Source: Candidatus Woesearchaeota archaeon
GTDB lineage: Archaea; Nanobdellota; Nanobdellia; Pacearchaeales; GW2011-AR1
DNA: 64,000 nucleotides
Assembly (NCBI GenBank): GCA_964366325.1
Contig: CAYITD010000005.1
Coordinates: forward strand, 8,267 to 72,266
Direction: 5' to 3'
Shown: one piece after another, positions 16,427 to 24,483 of the stretch
Layout of the letters: each line of letters opens with the position of its first letter
How positions within the stretch are numbered: the first letter of the stretch is position 1
Program-made: the position numbers and the translations under genes
Notes under the pieces: model-generated
Seen by the model: only the letters and a program-made list of their open reading frames with translations
Told to the model about the DNA's origin: nothing
Databases searched by the model: none

Positions 16427-17518
16427 ATGCCTGTAACATATTACGAAAAAGAGGCTTCCAAATCCCAATCGATAGATGAAGAACTTGAATCTTTGTTGCA
16501 ACAACAATCTGCAAAAGTTAAAGTTATCGGATGTGGAGGAGGTGGAGGCAATTCTGTTTCAAGAATGAAAGAGATTGGTATAAAGGGATGTGAAATCATT
16601 GCCATAAATACTGATGCACAAGATCTTCTTTATACTAATGTTGATACTAAAATCTTAATTGGAAAAGAGCTAACTGGAGGTTTGGGAGCTGGAAGCAATC
16701 CAAGAATAGGAGAACAGGCGGCTAAGGAATCAGAGAAGGAAATTAAAGGAAAGATTGGAAATGCTGATTTGGTTTTTATCACCTGCGGTTTAGGTGGTGG
16801 GACAGGAACTGGTTCTGCCCCTGTTGTAGCTGAAATTGCAAAAAAGGCCGGAGCTTTGACTATAGGGGTTGTGACGCTTCCTTTTACTGTTGAAGGACAA
16901 AAAAGGATTGAGAACGCACAACATGGATTGGAGAAGTTGGCTTCTGTTGCTGATACTTTGATTGTAATTCCTAATGATAAACTTTTGGAAATAGCCCCTG
17001 AATTGCCCATCCATACTGCTTTCAAAGTTGCAGATGAAATTTTAACTAATAGCGTCAAAGGAATAACTGAATTAATAACTAAAGCTGGACTTGTTAATTT
17101 AGATTTTGCTGATGTTAAGGCTGTAATGCTTAATGGAGGAGTTTCATTAATAGGAATAGGTGAGTCTAACTCTCAGAATAGAGCACTGGAAGCTGTTGAA
17201 AGAGCAATAAACAATCCTTTGCTTGATGTTGATATATCTGGAGCGACTGGAGCTTTAGTTAATATCGTTGGTGGAAGTGATATGTCCTTAGATGAATATA
17301 AAAAAGTCATGGAAGTTATTGGAGGAAGAATTGCACCTGATGCGAAGATAATTTCTGGAGCGCAGATTTCTGCAGACATGGAGAAATCTATTAAGGTTTT
17401 ACTTATTGTTACGGGAGTAAAAAGTTCTCAAATCCTTGGTTCTACAGACTTTGCAAACAAGACTGATTCTTCTTTGGAAGATGAATTAGGTATTAAGTTT
17501 GTTAAGGAAGAAGAGTAG
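16427..17518 (+). CDS. ftsZ: cell division GTPase FtsZ
   Basis: GCGGGGGNSV, tubulin signature GLGGGTGTGSAPVVAEIAK; start set to ATG 16427. Confidence 0.95.
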   Translation: MPVTYYEKEASKSQSIDEELESLLQQQSAKVKVIGCGGGGGNSVSRMKEIGIKGCEIIAINTDAQDLLYTNVDTKILIGKELTGGLGAGSNPRIGEQAAKESEKEIKGKIGNADLVFITCGLGGGTGTGSAPVVAEIAKKAGALTIGVVTLPFTVEGQKRIENAQHGLEKLASVADTLIVIPNDKLLEIAPELPIHTAFKVADEILTNSVKGITELITKAGLVNLDFADVKAVMLNGGVSLIGIGESNSQNRALEAVERAINNPLLDVDISGATGALVNIVGGSDMSLDEYKKVMEVIGGRIAPDAKIISGAQISADMEKSIKVLLIVTGVKSSQILGSTDFANKTDSSLEDELGIKFVKEEE

Positions 17519-17691
17519 GCTTTAGTTAAAACGATGAAAAAAATCTGAAAAATTAATTATTTATTTCTTTCATATATTCTTGGTACTTTTCTCTTTCTAC
17601 TATATTTTTTGATGCTTCAATAGAATATATCAAAATTCCGCTGTATAATTTTCTTTCTTCTGGATTCTCAATAGCTCGATCTGAAAATAAT

Positions 17692-17886
17692 TTATAAAAA
17701 CCAACCATTTTCCTCTGATATTAAACTTTCAAGAGAATTATAACCTCTAAAAAAATCATGACCTTCAACACTTCTTGCAAAGCTTAATAACTCATCTGCT
17801 TTTTCTAAAACATCTTGAGTACTAACCCTTCCAAAATGTTCTCTCAATTCTTCAATAAGTCTTTCTTCCCCATCTTTTAAACTCAT
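17692..17886 (-). CDS. hypothetical small acidic protein
   Basis: 64-aa ORF sharing the palindromic TATA with secE. Confidence 0.35.
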   Translation of the reverse strand: MSLKDGEERLIEELREHFGRVSTQDVLEKADELLSFARSVEGHDFFRGYNSLESLISEENGWFL

Positions 17887-17936
17887 TTTAGGCTAAAGAA
17901 ACAAACTTTTATAAAACCTCCTTTTTTATCTAAGTA
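17887..17936. promoter_or_regulatory. 50-nt bidirectional promoter spacer with perfectly palindromic central TATA
   Basis: ATGs at 17886(-) and 17937(+) are 51 nt apart; TTTTATAAAA at 17907-17916 sits exactly at the midpoint. Confidence 0.55.
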
Positions 17937-18125
17937 ATGGAATATTTAATGAGATTCAAGTCTTTTGTATTGCAGTGTAAGAGAGTATGGCATATTTTGA
18001 AGAAACCTAGTGCTGAAGAGTTTAAAACTGTCTCGAAGGTTTCTGCTTTGGGTCTTCTTACGCTTGGTTTAATTGGTTTTGTTATAGCTGATATCGTCAA
18101 GTTTATATCTGGAATATTTTCTTAG
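17937..18125 (+). CDS. secE: protein translocase subunit SecE (Sec61 gamma)
   Basis: 62 aa, KRVWHILKKPSAEEF then a single C-terminal TM; follows ftsZ as in many archaea. Confidence 0.7.
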   Translation: MEYLMRFKSFVLQCKRVWHILKKPSAEEFKTVSKVSALGLLTLGLIGFVIADIVKFISGIFS

Positions 18126-18170
18126 TTTGACGGGGAAGGTTTTTATACTCTTTTTTATAAGTTTTCGTGA

Positions 18171-18244
18171 GGGGCTATGGTCTAGCTTGGTTATGATCCG
18201 AGCTTTGGGAGCTCGTGACCCCGGTTCAAATCCGGGTAGCCCCA
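18171..18244 (+). tRNA. tRNA-Pro (UGG anticodon)
   Basis: GGGGCTA..TAGCCCC acceptor, anticodon arm CGAGC-TTTGGGA-GCTCG, T-arm CCGGTTCAAATCCGG. Confidence 0.9.
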
Positions 18245-18283
18245 TATAGAATAATTTAAAAAGCATATGAAATAGGTTTGTTT

Positions 18284-18511
18284 ATGGGAGCGAAGAAGAA
18301 AAAAATAAAGGCTGCTGGAAGATTTGGAGCAGGATATGGGAAAAATGTTAGGGATAGATTTAATGCTGTCGAGGCTCAACAAAGAAGACTTCAACCTTCT
18401 CCGTTTCACCCAACTGGGAAAGCAAAAAGACTCTCTTCTGGAATTTGGAAATGTATAAAGACGGGAAGAGTTTTTGCCGGCCATGCTTATTTCTTAGCGC
18501 CGAGAAAGTAA
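18284..18511 (+). CDS. rpl37ae: 50S ribosomal protein L37Ae (L43e), zinc-ribbon cysteines mostly lost
   Basis: AAGRFGAGYGKNVR, RLSSGIWKC..GRVFAGHAY match the L37Ae pattern; expected CxxC pairs replaced (SPFH, CIKT). Confidence 0.75.
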   Translation: MGAKKKKIKAAGRFGAGYGKNVRDRFNAVEAQQRRLQPSPFHPTGKAKRLSSGIWKCIKTGRVFAGHAYFLAPRK

Positions 18512-18560
18512 TTTTATACTTTTAATTATTTAATAAAGAGATTGCCTAAAAATTCTTTAT

Positions 18561-18606
18561 CCAAATCACACCAAGCTGCGAGGTATTTAACCCAAATAGT
18601 AATAAC
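18561..18606 (+). repeat. intergenic hairpin repeat family, short form (copy C)
   Basis: CACACCAAGCTGCGAG hairpin-like segment then GTATTTAACCCAAATAGTAATAA, matching module 4 of copy B (GTGTATTGAACCCAATTTGACAATAA). Confidence 0.55.
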
Positions 18607-18630
18607 TATACAATAGTTACACTATAGAAA

Positions 18631-18640
18631 GGTTTAAATA
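18631..18640 (+). promoter_or_regulatory. TATA box of the M15 peptidase gene
   Basis: GGTTTAAATA centred about 25 nt upstream of ATG 18662. Confidence 0.45.
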
Positions 18641-18661
18641 TTGTTTTTGTTGCGGGCTTTT

Positions 18662-19309
18662 ATGAATAATTTAATTGATAGAAGGGACGCGCTGAAAATA
18701 TTCTTTGGAACTTTAATTGCTCCATATTTGATGAATGTAGCTGAAGCTGGGACTAAACAAAAAAGAACTTTAAAAGTTGGAAGACTTGAACTTGAAGTTG
18801 TTCAACCTGAAGATGCTGGAATTCCACAAGAATATATGGATCCTAACAAAACTAGAAGTAAATTGGTTTATGTACCTGAGGAAAGATTAAGTGAAAAAGT
18901 TTCTGATAGTTTTACACTTGGAGAGTTCGCAATTATTAGAAATCCAGGATATAATAAGGGAAAACTAATACCTGTTAGCCACGTTAATAAAAACACATAC
19001 CATCGATTTATAAGAATGGATCCAAAAATTGTAGACGATATGCAAAAACTAAGAGACACTTTTGGGAGTTCTTTAACGGTCATATGCCCTTTTAGAAATT
19101 TGACTTATAATGCTAAATGTGGTGGTGAATTGGACAGCAGACACAAATCTGGACAGGCTGTTGACATAACTCCTTCAAATGGAAAAAGTTTGAAAGAATT
19201 ATACAGGCTTGCAGATGAACAATTTGCAAATGGCGGTTTAGGATACTATTCTAGACAGAAGTTTATCCATGTAGATGTTAGAGGATTTAGAGCTAGATGG
19301 ACTAGATAA
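18662..19309 (+). CDS. peptidase M15 / DUF882 (YcbK/MepK-like) with Tat-type signal
   Basis: DRRDALKIFFGTLIAPYLMNVAEA signal; SRHKSGQAVDI (H-x3-G-x-A-x-D) and FIHVDVRG zinc-ligand motifs. Confidence 0.65.
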   Translation: MNNLIDRRDALKIFFGTLIAPYLMNVAEAGTKQKRTLKVGRLELEVVQPEDAGIPQEYMDPNKTRSKLVYVPEERLSEKVSDSFTLGEFAIIRNPGYNKGKLIPVSHVNKNTYHRFIRMDPKIVDDMQKLRDTFGSSLTVICPFRNLTYNAKCGGELDSRHKSGQAVDITPSNGKSLKELYRLADEQFANGGLGYYSRQKFIHVDVRGFRARWTR

Positions 19310-20417
19310 AATCCTTAATTTTTGATCTTGCTTGCTCTTTCTTTTTCTGATGCTCTTTCAAAAAGAAATTTATTTTTTCGATTGCTATGCCTTTTAGTTC
19401 AGATGTGAGCATCTTTCCAGATTTGTAATCGTTGTAAATCTTTTGCAGAACTTTATCATCTTCTTCGAAAAGGAAACGAAGATACTGGAATGAAACATCT
19501 ATGTCTGGATTTCCTCCGAGTTTTCTGTGTTCCTCTAATGTATCTCTTCCTCCTGAGAAAGCATATTTCTTTATCTTTGTCTCGACTTCTTTTGAAGAAT
19601 CAGCTAGAGAGATAAATGAAGTTGGGTCGGAAGAAGACATTTTTCCTCCTTTTAATCCTGGAATAAATTTATTGTATGTTGAACTCACTTGAATAAAATC
19701 GAAATCCTTTATTCTTTGGGAAAGATCACGAGCAAGTCTTAAGTGTGGATCCTGATCTATTCCTACCGGAACAACTACTGGAATTTTCCCTTCAAATTCT
19801 TTTAATTGTGAATGTAGAATATCTGATGCTTGTAATAAGGAAGAAATCATTTTGCCTGGAGAAATTTCTCCGTAAACTGCTTTGAACTCGTTGAAAGTTG
19901 CATGTCTTGCTAATAGATTTTGCAATCTGTAATAGGCATTTGACTTTTCTGAGTTTTTTGATCTATTACTTTGAAAGTAAATTTCGCAGTTTTCTTTTTT
20001 TAATCCTAAAGCTAGATAATTTGAGATGTATTCCTCAAATGCTATTTTTTTGCTTTCTTCTAAAGATTGGGATCGTGCATTGTAGGCTTCTATGTCAGCA
20101 ACTGCTATGTAAACTTTAGCTCCTAAACTCTGATAGAAAATCATTTGTTTTGCAATTATTGCGTGTCCTATATGGAATCTTCCGGTTGGCATTAAGCCTG
20201 TAAGCATTACAAATTTCTTCTTTTTTTCAACACATTCAAGTATTCTTTCAAAATCTCTGTGTGCGAATATTATTCCCCTTCTGAAAAGCAAGTTGTCTTG
20301 GAATTGTTTAGGGAGTTTAGATGCAAGAAGTTTTATCCCAAACTCTTTTACCAATCTTTCGTAATTGACTTCTCCAACAACCTCCCAAGGATTTAGAGAA
20401 AATTCCTCTTTATTCAT
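19302..20417 (-). CDS. trpS: tryptophanyl-tRNA synthetase (archaeal/eukaryotic type)
   Basis: NPWEV..NYERLVKEFG, HIGH-type FHIGHAI, KMSSS, AFSGGRDTLEEHRKLGGNPDIDVSFQYLRFLFEEDD. Confidence 0.9.
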   Translation of the reverse strand: MNKEEFSLNPWEVVGEVNYERLVKEFGIKLLASKLPKQFQDNLLFRRGIIFAHRDFERILECVEKKKKFVMLTGLMPTGRFHIGHAIIAKQMIFYQSLGAKVYIAVADIEAYNARSQSLEESKKIAFEEYISNYLALGLKKENCEIYFQSNRSKNSEKSNAYYRLQNLLARHATFNEFKAVYGEISPGKMISSLLQASDILHSQLKEFEGKIPVVVPVGIDQDPHLRLARDLSQRIKDFDFIQVSSTYNKFIPGLKGGKMSSSDPTSFISLADSSKEVETKIKKYAFSGGRDTLEEHRKLGGNPDIDVSFQYLRFLFEEDDKVLQKIYNDYKSGKMLTSELKGIAIEKINFFLKEHQKKKEQARSKIKDFI

Positions 20418-20421
20418 AGCA

Positions 20422-20700
20422 TTAATTGATTTTCAGATATTTAAATATTGGTTTGTTTTGCAAATTTTTGACAGCAAAAAGAATTGTCAATACAATTAGG
20501 ATAATTGCTAGTATGGAGATTATTAGAGTAAAAACTCCAAACCATAAAGGCCAGTAGCACCATATTCCTCCTATTGATGAACATAATTTATTTAGACCAT
20601 ATATTTTAAAACCAAAAATTAAAAAAATTATTGTCCCAATTATAATACTTAATGCTAGTATGGCTAAAATAATCAAAAATAATTTTTTTAATTTTTCCAT
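20422..20700 (-). CDS. hypothetical membrane protein
   Basis: 92 aa, three TM segments. Confidence 0.4.
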   Translation of the reverse strand: MEKLKKLFLIILAILALSIIIGTIIFLIFGFKIYGLNKLCSSIGGIWCYWPLWFGVFTLIISILAIILIVLTILFAVKNLQNKPIFKYLKIN

Positions 20701-20797
20701 TGTTATATTAACAATGAATAATCAATCTATTAAAATTCATCTTTTGTAAACTTCTTAACCTTTCAAGATATTAGGCAGAAAATATAGAATCTTAAAA

Positions 20798-20947
20798 CTA
20801 TTCAACAACTCTCTCACAAGAAGAACATCTCCACCAAATCGATTCAACATCTGCTTTGCTTTCTTCATCTCTTTCTTTTTTATACAGGGGAACGATGTCT
20901 GAACCGCAGTCTTTGCATTTTGGAAAATTGCTCAATGATAGTTGCAT
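20798..20947 (-). CDS. small zinc-ribbon protein
   Basis: CKDCGS ... CSSCERV; start moved to ATG 20947, which has AATTATAAAC about 25 nt upstream. Confidence 0.45.
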   Translation of the reverse strand: MQLSLSNFPKCKDCGSDIVPLYKKERDEESKADVESIWWRCSSCERVVE

Positions 20948-21052
20948 TTCCTTTTTGTATTCTCTTTTGTTTATAATTCTTGTGTTGTTAAGTAAAATTC
21001 TATTGTTTCGAGCAATCAACAAATTTATATATTAAAAAAATCACAGATAAAC

Positions 21053-23056
21053 ATGATTAAAAGAGGAAAGGGTGCTATATTATTTATTTTATTGATGTTT
21101 CTTATAGGAAACGTTGGTGCGGAAATTCTCATAAAACAAACTGAACCTATTTATAATGTTGGAGATAAGTTTGATGTTAGCATTGTTTTATTGTCTCAGA
21201 GTGAGAGAAATGAATTTGTGAATGCTGATTTAATTTGTTCCAACACTGAAGTTGATTTGTTGAAGAGCCCTTATTTTGTTGAAGCAGGTGTGCAGAAAGA
21301 TATACCTCTGACTACTAAATTAAGCCAGAGTTTAATAGGGAATGCGCGAGGAGATTGTTATCTTGATGTTAGGTTTGGAGATGAAGAAGCAAAAAGTCAA
21401 AAGTTTGAGATTTCTGATGATGTGGACGTTACATTTGAACTGGGTAATCTGCTTTTGAATCCAGGAGATAATGTTAATGTAAAAGGAAAAGCCAAGAAGG
21501 TGAATGGCAAGCCTCTCAATGGCTTTTTGGAAGCTGAAGTAGAAGAAATCGATTTTAAAGTTTCAGGACTTGTTAATGCTGGGGAATTTAATTTTAATTT
21601 CACTATCCCTCAAAAAGCATCTTCTGGCACATATAAGATACAGGCAAAAGCATATGAGAAAAATGAGAAAAATGAGATTATAAATCAAGGTACGGCGGAA
21701 TCTACAATAAAAGTTAAACAGATTATGAAAGAAATTGGAATAGCTTTAAACACTCAGGCCATAAAACCTTCGAATGAATTGAAGTATACTGTACTAATAA
21801 GTGATCAGGCTGATGAGAATGTTGAGGCTGATGTGGGAGTAGTTATTTATGGTCCGAACGATTTTGTCCTTGATAAGAATGTTGTTAGAACTGGACAAGC
21901 CCAAAGCATCTTGATAGGAAATAATTATGCCCCAGGCGAGTGGAGGATTGATGCTAAATTAGATGGTCTGGAAATGGTGAAAAGTTTTTTAGTAGAAGAA
22001 TATGAGAATGCTTCTTTTGAATTGGAGAATCAAACTCTGATTATAACTAATGTTGGAAATGTTCCTTATTCTGGCCCTGTGAAGATAAGCATAGGAACTA
22101 TAAATGAGATTAAAGAAATTGAAAATCTTCCTATTGGAGAGTCTAAGAAGTTTAAGTTGTTGGCTCCTGCTGGAAGTTATAAAATAAGTATCGATGATGG
22201 TTTAATAAAGCAAGAACTTGGAGAAGTTTCTTTGATAGGAAAGGCCGTATCTGTGAATGATTTCTCTAATGTAGTGAGTGAAAATTGGTTGGTCTGGATA
22301 TGGGTTATACTAATAATTGCTATCGCGATTACTGTATTTGTTCTTTATAGAAGAGTATCTAAGGAAAAAATATTAGCTGGAGGTAAATTTTCGTTTAAAG
22401 AATTCTTTGCCTCTTTGTTTAAAAGAAAAGGGAAACCTGCTGACTTAACGGCGTCTACTAGTAAAAGCTTTGCGGAGGCTGATAGTGCTAACATAAACAA
22501 GGGAGAGAGACAGGAAGCTAACGTAGTAGTATTGAAAGTTAAAAATTTGAACGTTCTTCAAGAATCACATCCTGAAGGTGTTAAGCTAATTGATAGTTTG
22601 TTATCTAAGGCTAAGGAGGGCGGAGCTAAAGTTTACTCTGATGAAAACCATAGAATCGTTGTTTTGACGCCGGCATTAACTAGAGAAAAAGATAATAATC
22701 TGAGATCTTTACATATGGCTGAGGGTATGGCCCGAAGATTAAGAGAACACAATAGAAGATACTCTTTAAAGATAGAGTTTGGAATAGGTGTTAGTGGTGG
22801 TAGTTTAATAGTTGAGTCAAGTGGTGATAAGTTCAAGTTCATAAGTGTAGATAATACAATTACATCAGCTAAGAAGATATCTGAAATAGCGAGTGGCGAA
22901 GTATTAATGACTGAAACTGTGCATAGAAGTGTTGTAGGGAAAATAAAAACTTCTAAGATTCAAGATAAGAACCTATGGAAAATTGAGAAAATAAATGATA
23001 GGGCCGAGCATGAAGAATTTATCAGTAAGTTTAAGCAAAGGCAGAAGATAAGATAA
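21053..23056 (+). CDS. single-pass receptor-like protein: signal peptide, repeated extracellular beta-rich region, TM, cytoplasmic degenerate class III nucleotidyl-cyclase-like domain
   Basis: TM WLVWIWVILIIAIAITVFVLY; C-terminal VVVLKVKNLNVL .. GGAKVYSDENHRIVVL .. LKIEFGIGVSGGSLIVES .. FISVDNTITSAKKISEIASGEVLMTETVHRSV follows the cyclase homology domain pattern, but the metal-binding Asp positions are substituted. Confidence 0.5.
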   Translation: MIKRGKGAILFILLMFLIGNVGAEILIKQTEPIYNVGDKFDVSIVLLSQSERNEFVNADLICSNTEVDLLKSPYFVEAGVQKDIPLTTKLSQSLIGNARGDCYLDVRFGDEEAKSQKFEISDDVDVTFELGNLLLNPGDNVNVKGKAKKVNGKPLNGFLEAEVEEIDFKVSGLVNAGEFNFNFTIPQKASSGTYKIQAKAYEKNEKNEIINQGTAESTIKVKQIMKEIGIALNTQAIKPSNELKYTVLISDQADENVEADVGVVIYGPNDFVLDKNVVRTGQAQSILIGNNYAPGEWRIDAKLDGLEMVKSFLVEEYENASFELENQTLIITNVGNVPYSGPVKISIGTINEIKEIENLPIGESKKFKLLAPAGSYKISIDDGLIKQELGEVSLIGKAVSVNDFSNVVSENWLVWIWVILIIAIAITVFVLYRRVSKEKILAGGKFSFKEFFASLFKRKGKPADLTASTSKSFAEADSANINKGERQEANVVVLKVKNLNVLQESHPEGVKLIDSLLSKAKEGGAKVYSDENHRIVVLTPALTREKDNNLRSLHMAEGMARRLREHNRRYSLKIEFGIGVSGGSLIVESSGDKFKFISVDNTITSAKKISEIASGEVLMTETVHRSVVGKIKTSKIQDKNLWKIEKINDRAEHEEFISKFKQRQKIR

Positions 23057-23184
23057 ATTTTGGAATTGGAAAAGTTTCTTCAGTTGAATTTTAGCGCCGG
23101 ATCAAGCATGTTAAGAAATTCATTTTTTGGAGTTCCCTATGGTGAGAGAAAACAAATATACCATTCCGTTGAATTAAAATGTTA

Positions 23185-23556
23185 TCAGATTTTTATCAAC
23201 TTTCCTGAATCCATGTAATATCCCTTGTGACCCAAATCTGATTGTATTAAATTATTTATTATTTTTATTTCCTTATATAACTCCTTATCTTTTGCAGTGT
23301 GTACTAAGTGAGCTTTGAGACATGCTTGGCAGCAACAATAATTTGCTTCTTTTGTTTCTAGAGAACAAGAATACTCTGCTAATGAATTTCTCTTTGTGAA
23401 CTTTTTCATTTCAGCTAAAATACAATCTGAAAGACTCTTTAGTGCATTAAGCGAACTGATCTTCGCCCAAGGCAGGACGTTAAATAGAGAACGGATCTTA
23501 CTCTCTCTTGAAATCCCTTCACCTTTGCTTTTCCTATAATCTTTTTTTAGTATCAT
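23185..23556 (-). CDS. hypothetical Cys-rich protein
   Basis: 123-aa ORF with CSLETKEANYCCCQACLKAH cluster. Confidence 0.3.
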   Translation of the reverse strand: MILKKDYRKSKGEGISRESKIRSLFNVLPWAKISSLNALKSLSDCILAEMKKFTKRNSLAEYSCSLETKEANYCCCQACLKAHLVHTAKDKELYKEIKIINNLIQSDLGHKGYYMDSGKLIKI

Positions 23557-23700
23557 TTTGAAAAATTCAAGAAACCAAGAATATAAGGTTTCTTAATAAG
23601 TAATAGAGATAGCAATCTCTAAGAAAGAAATAGAGCTGATCTTACTTTTACGAAACTCGTGAACATACATTAATTATGAAGGCATATCTAGTATATATAT

Positions 23701-24381
23701 TTATGTTTCCATTATTATTTTGTCTGGATCGGCCCCTAGAATTCTTAGGAAATGCTGTGTTTCACCTACAAGCCTTATTGGGCCGCAAATGTAAAAATAT
23801 TGATTAAAATCTTTGATGTTTTCTTTCAGAAAAGTTAAGTCTATCCTTTTGTTCATGTAATTTGGTAGACTCTCCCTTGTAAGAGTATGTATTAAATTTA
23901 AAGAATTTTCCTGAAGATTGTTAAGTTCTTCTTTTAGAAATATGTCTTTTTCTGTTTTGTTTGAGAAAATTAGAGTGTTTTCTTTTAGACTTTTTTTATT
24001 TTTTAACTCTCTTAAAATTGATAAAAATGGAACGATTCCTGTACCTCCCGCTATGAAAACTCCTGAATCTTTGAAACTTATTGAACCTAAAGGATCTGAG
24101 ATAAAGATAGAGCTGTTTTTTGACAATGAAAGAAGAGAGAATGTGAATCCCTTCCTTTCTTCGTAAATTTTGATTATGAATTCTAGGAAGGTGTCTGAAT
24201 TTGTTGAGGCTATGCTGAAAGGTCTTCTTGTTTCTTCATTAAGCGAAAGATAAGCCAATTGCCCTTCTTTGAATGAGTAATTAACTGGTTTTTCCAGTTT
24301 GAGACTTAGAACGTTATAGTTTAACTTATTTATCTCAACTATTTTAGATCTATACATCCAGTTTCTTAATGTTTGAAGCAT
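23701..24381 (-). CDS. FNR-like FAD/NAD(P)-binding oxidoreductase
   Basis: RRPFSIAS (RxYS-type FAD motif), FIAGGTGIVPFLSILR (NAD-binding GGTGI.P). Confidence 0.65.
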   Translation of the reverse strand: MLQTLRNWMYRSKIVEINKLNYNVLSLKLEKPVNYSFKEGQLAYLSLNEETRRPFSIASTNSDTFLEFIIKIYEERKGFTFSLLSLSKNSSIFISDPLGSISFKDSGVFIAGGTGIVPFLSILRELKNKKSLKENTLIFSNKTEKDIFLKEELNNLQENSLNLIHTLTRESLPNYMNKRIDLTFLKENIKDFNQYFYICGPIRLVGETQHFLRILGADPDKIIMET

Positions 24382-24483
24382 TAAAATTTATCGTTAGTGT
24401 GTTTTCATCTAATGGTATATACTTCTATTATGTATAAAAAAACAACTAAAACTTTAAATATCCATATCTCTCTCAACAAAATT

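Noticed and set aside
17560-17700. Possible frameshifted continuation of the 64-aa ORF 17692..17886 (a 48-codon open frame downstream without an ATG)
   Set aside because: Only a short stop-free stretch in an A/T-rich region. There is no motif evidence linking the two parts, so it is not reported as a pseudogene.
18069-18484. ORFs 18069..18266(-) and 18191..18484(-)
   Set aside because: They run antisense through secE, tRNA-Pro and L37Ae, which are better supported.
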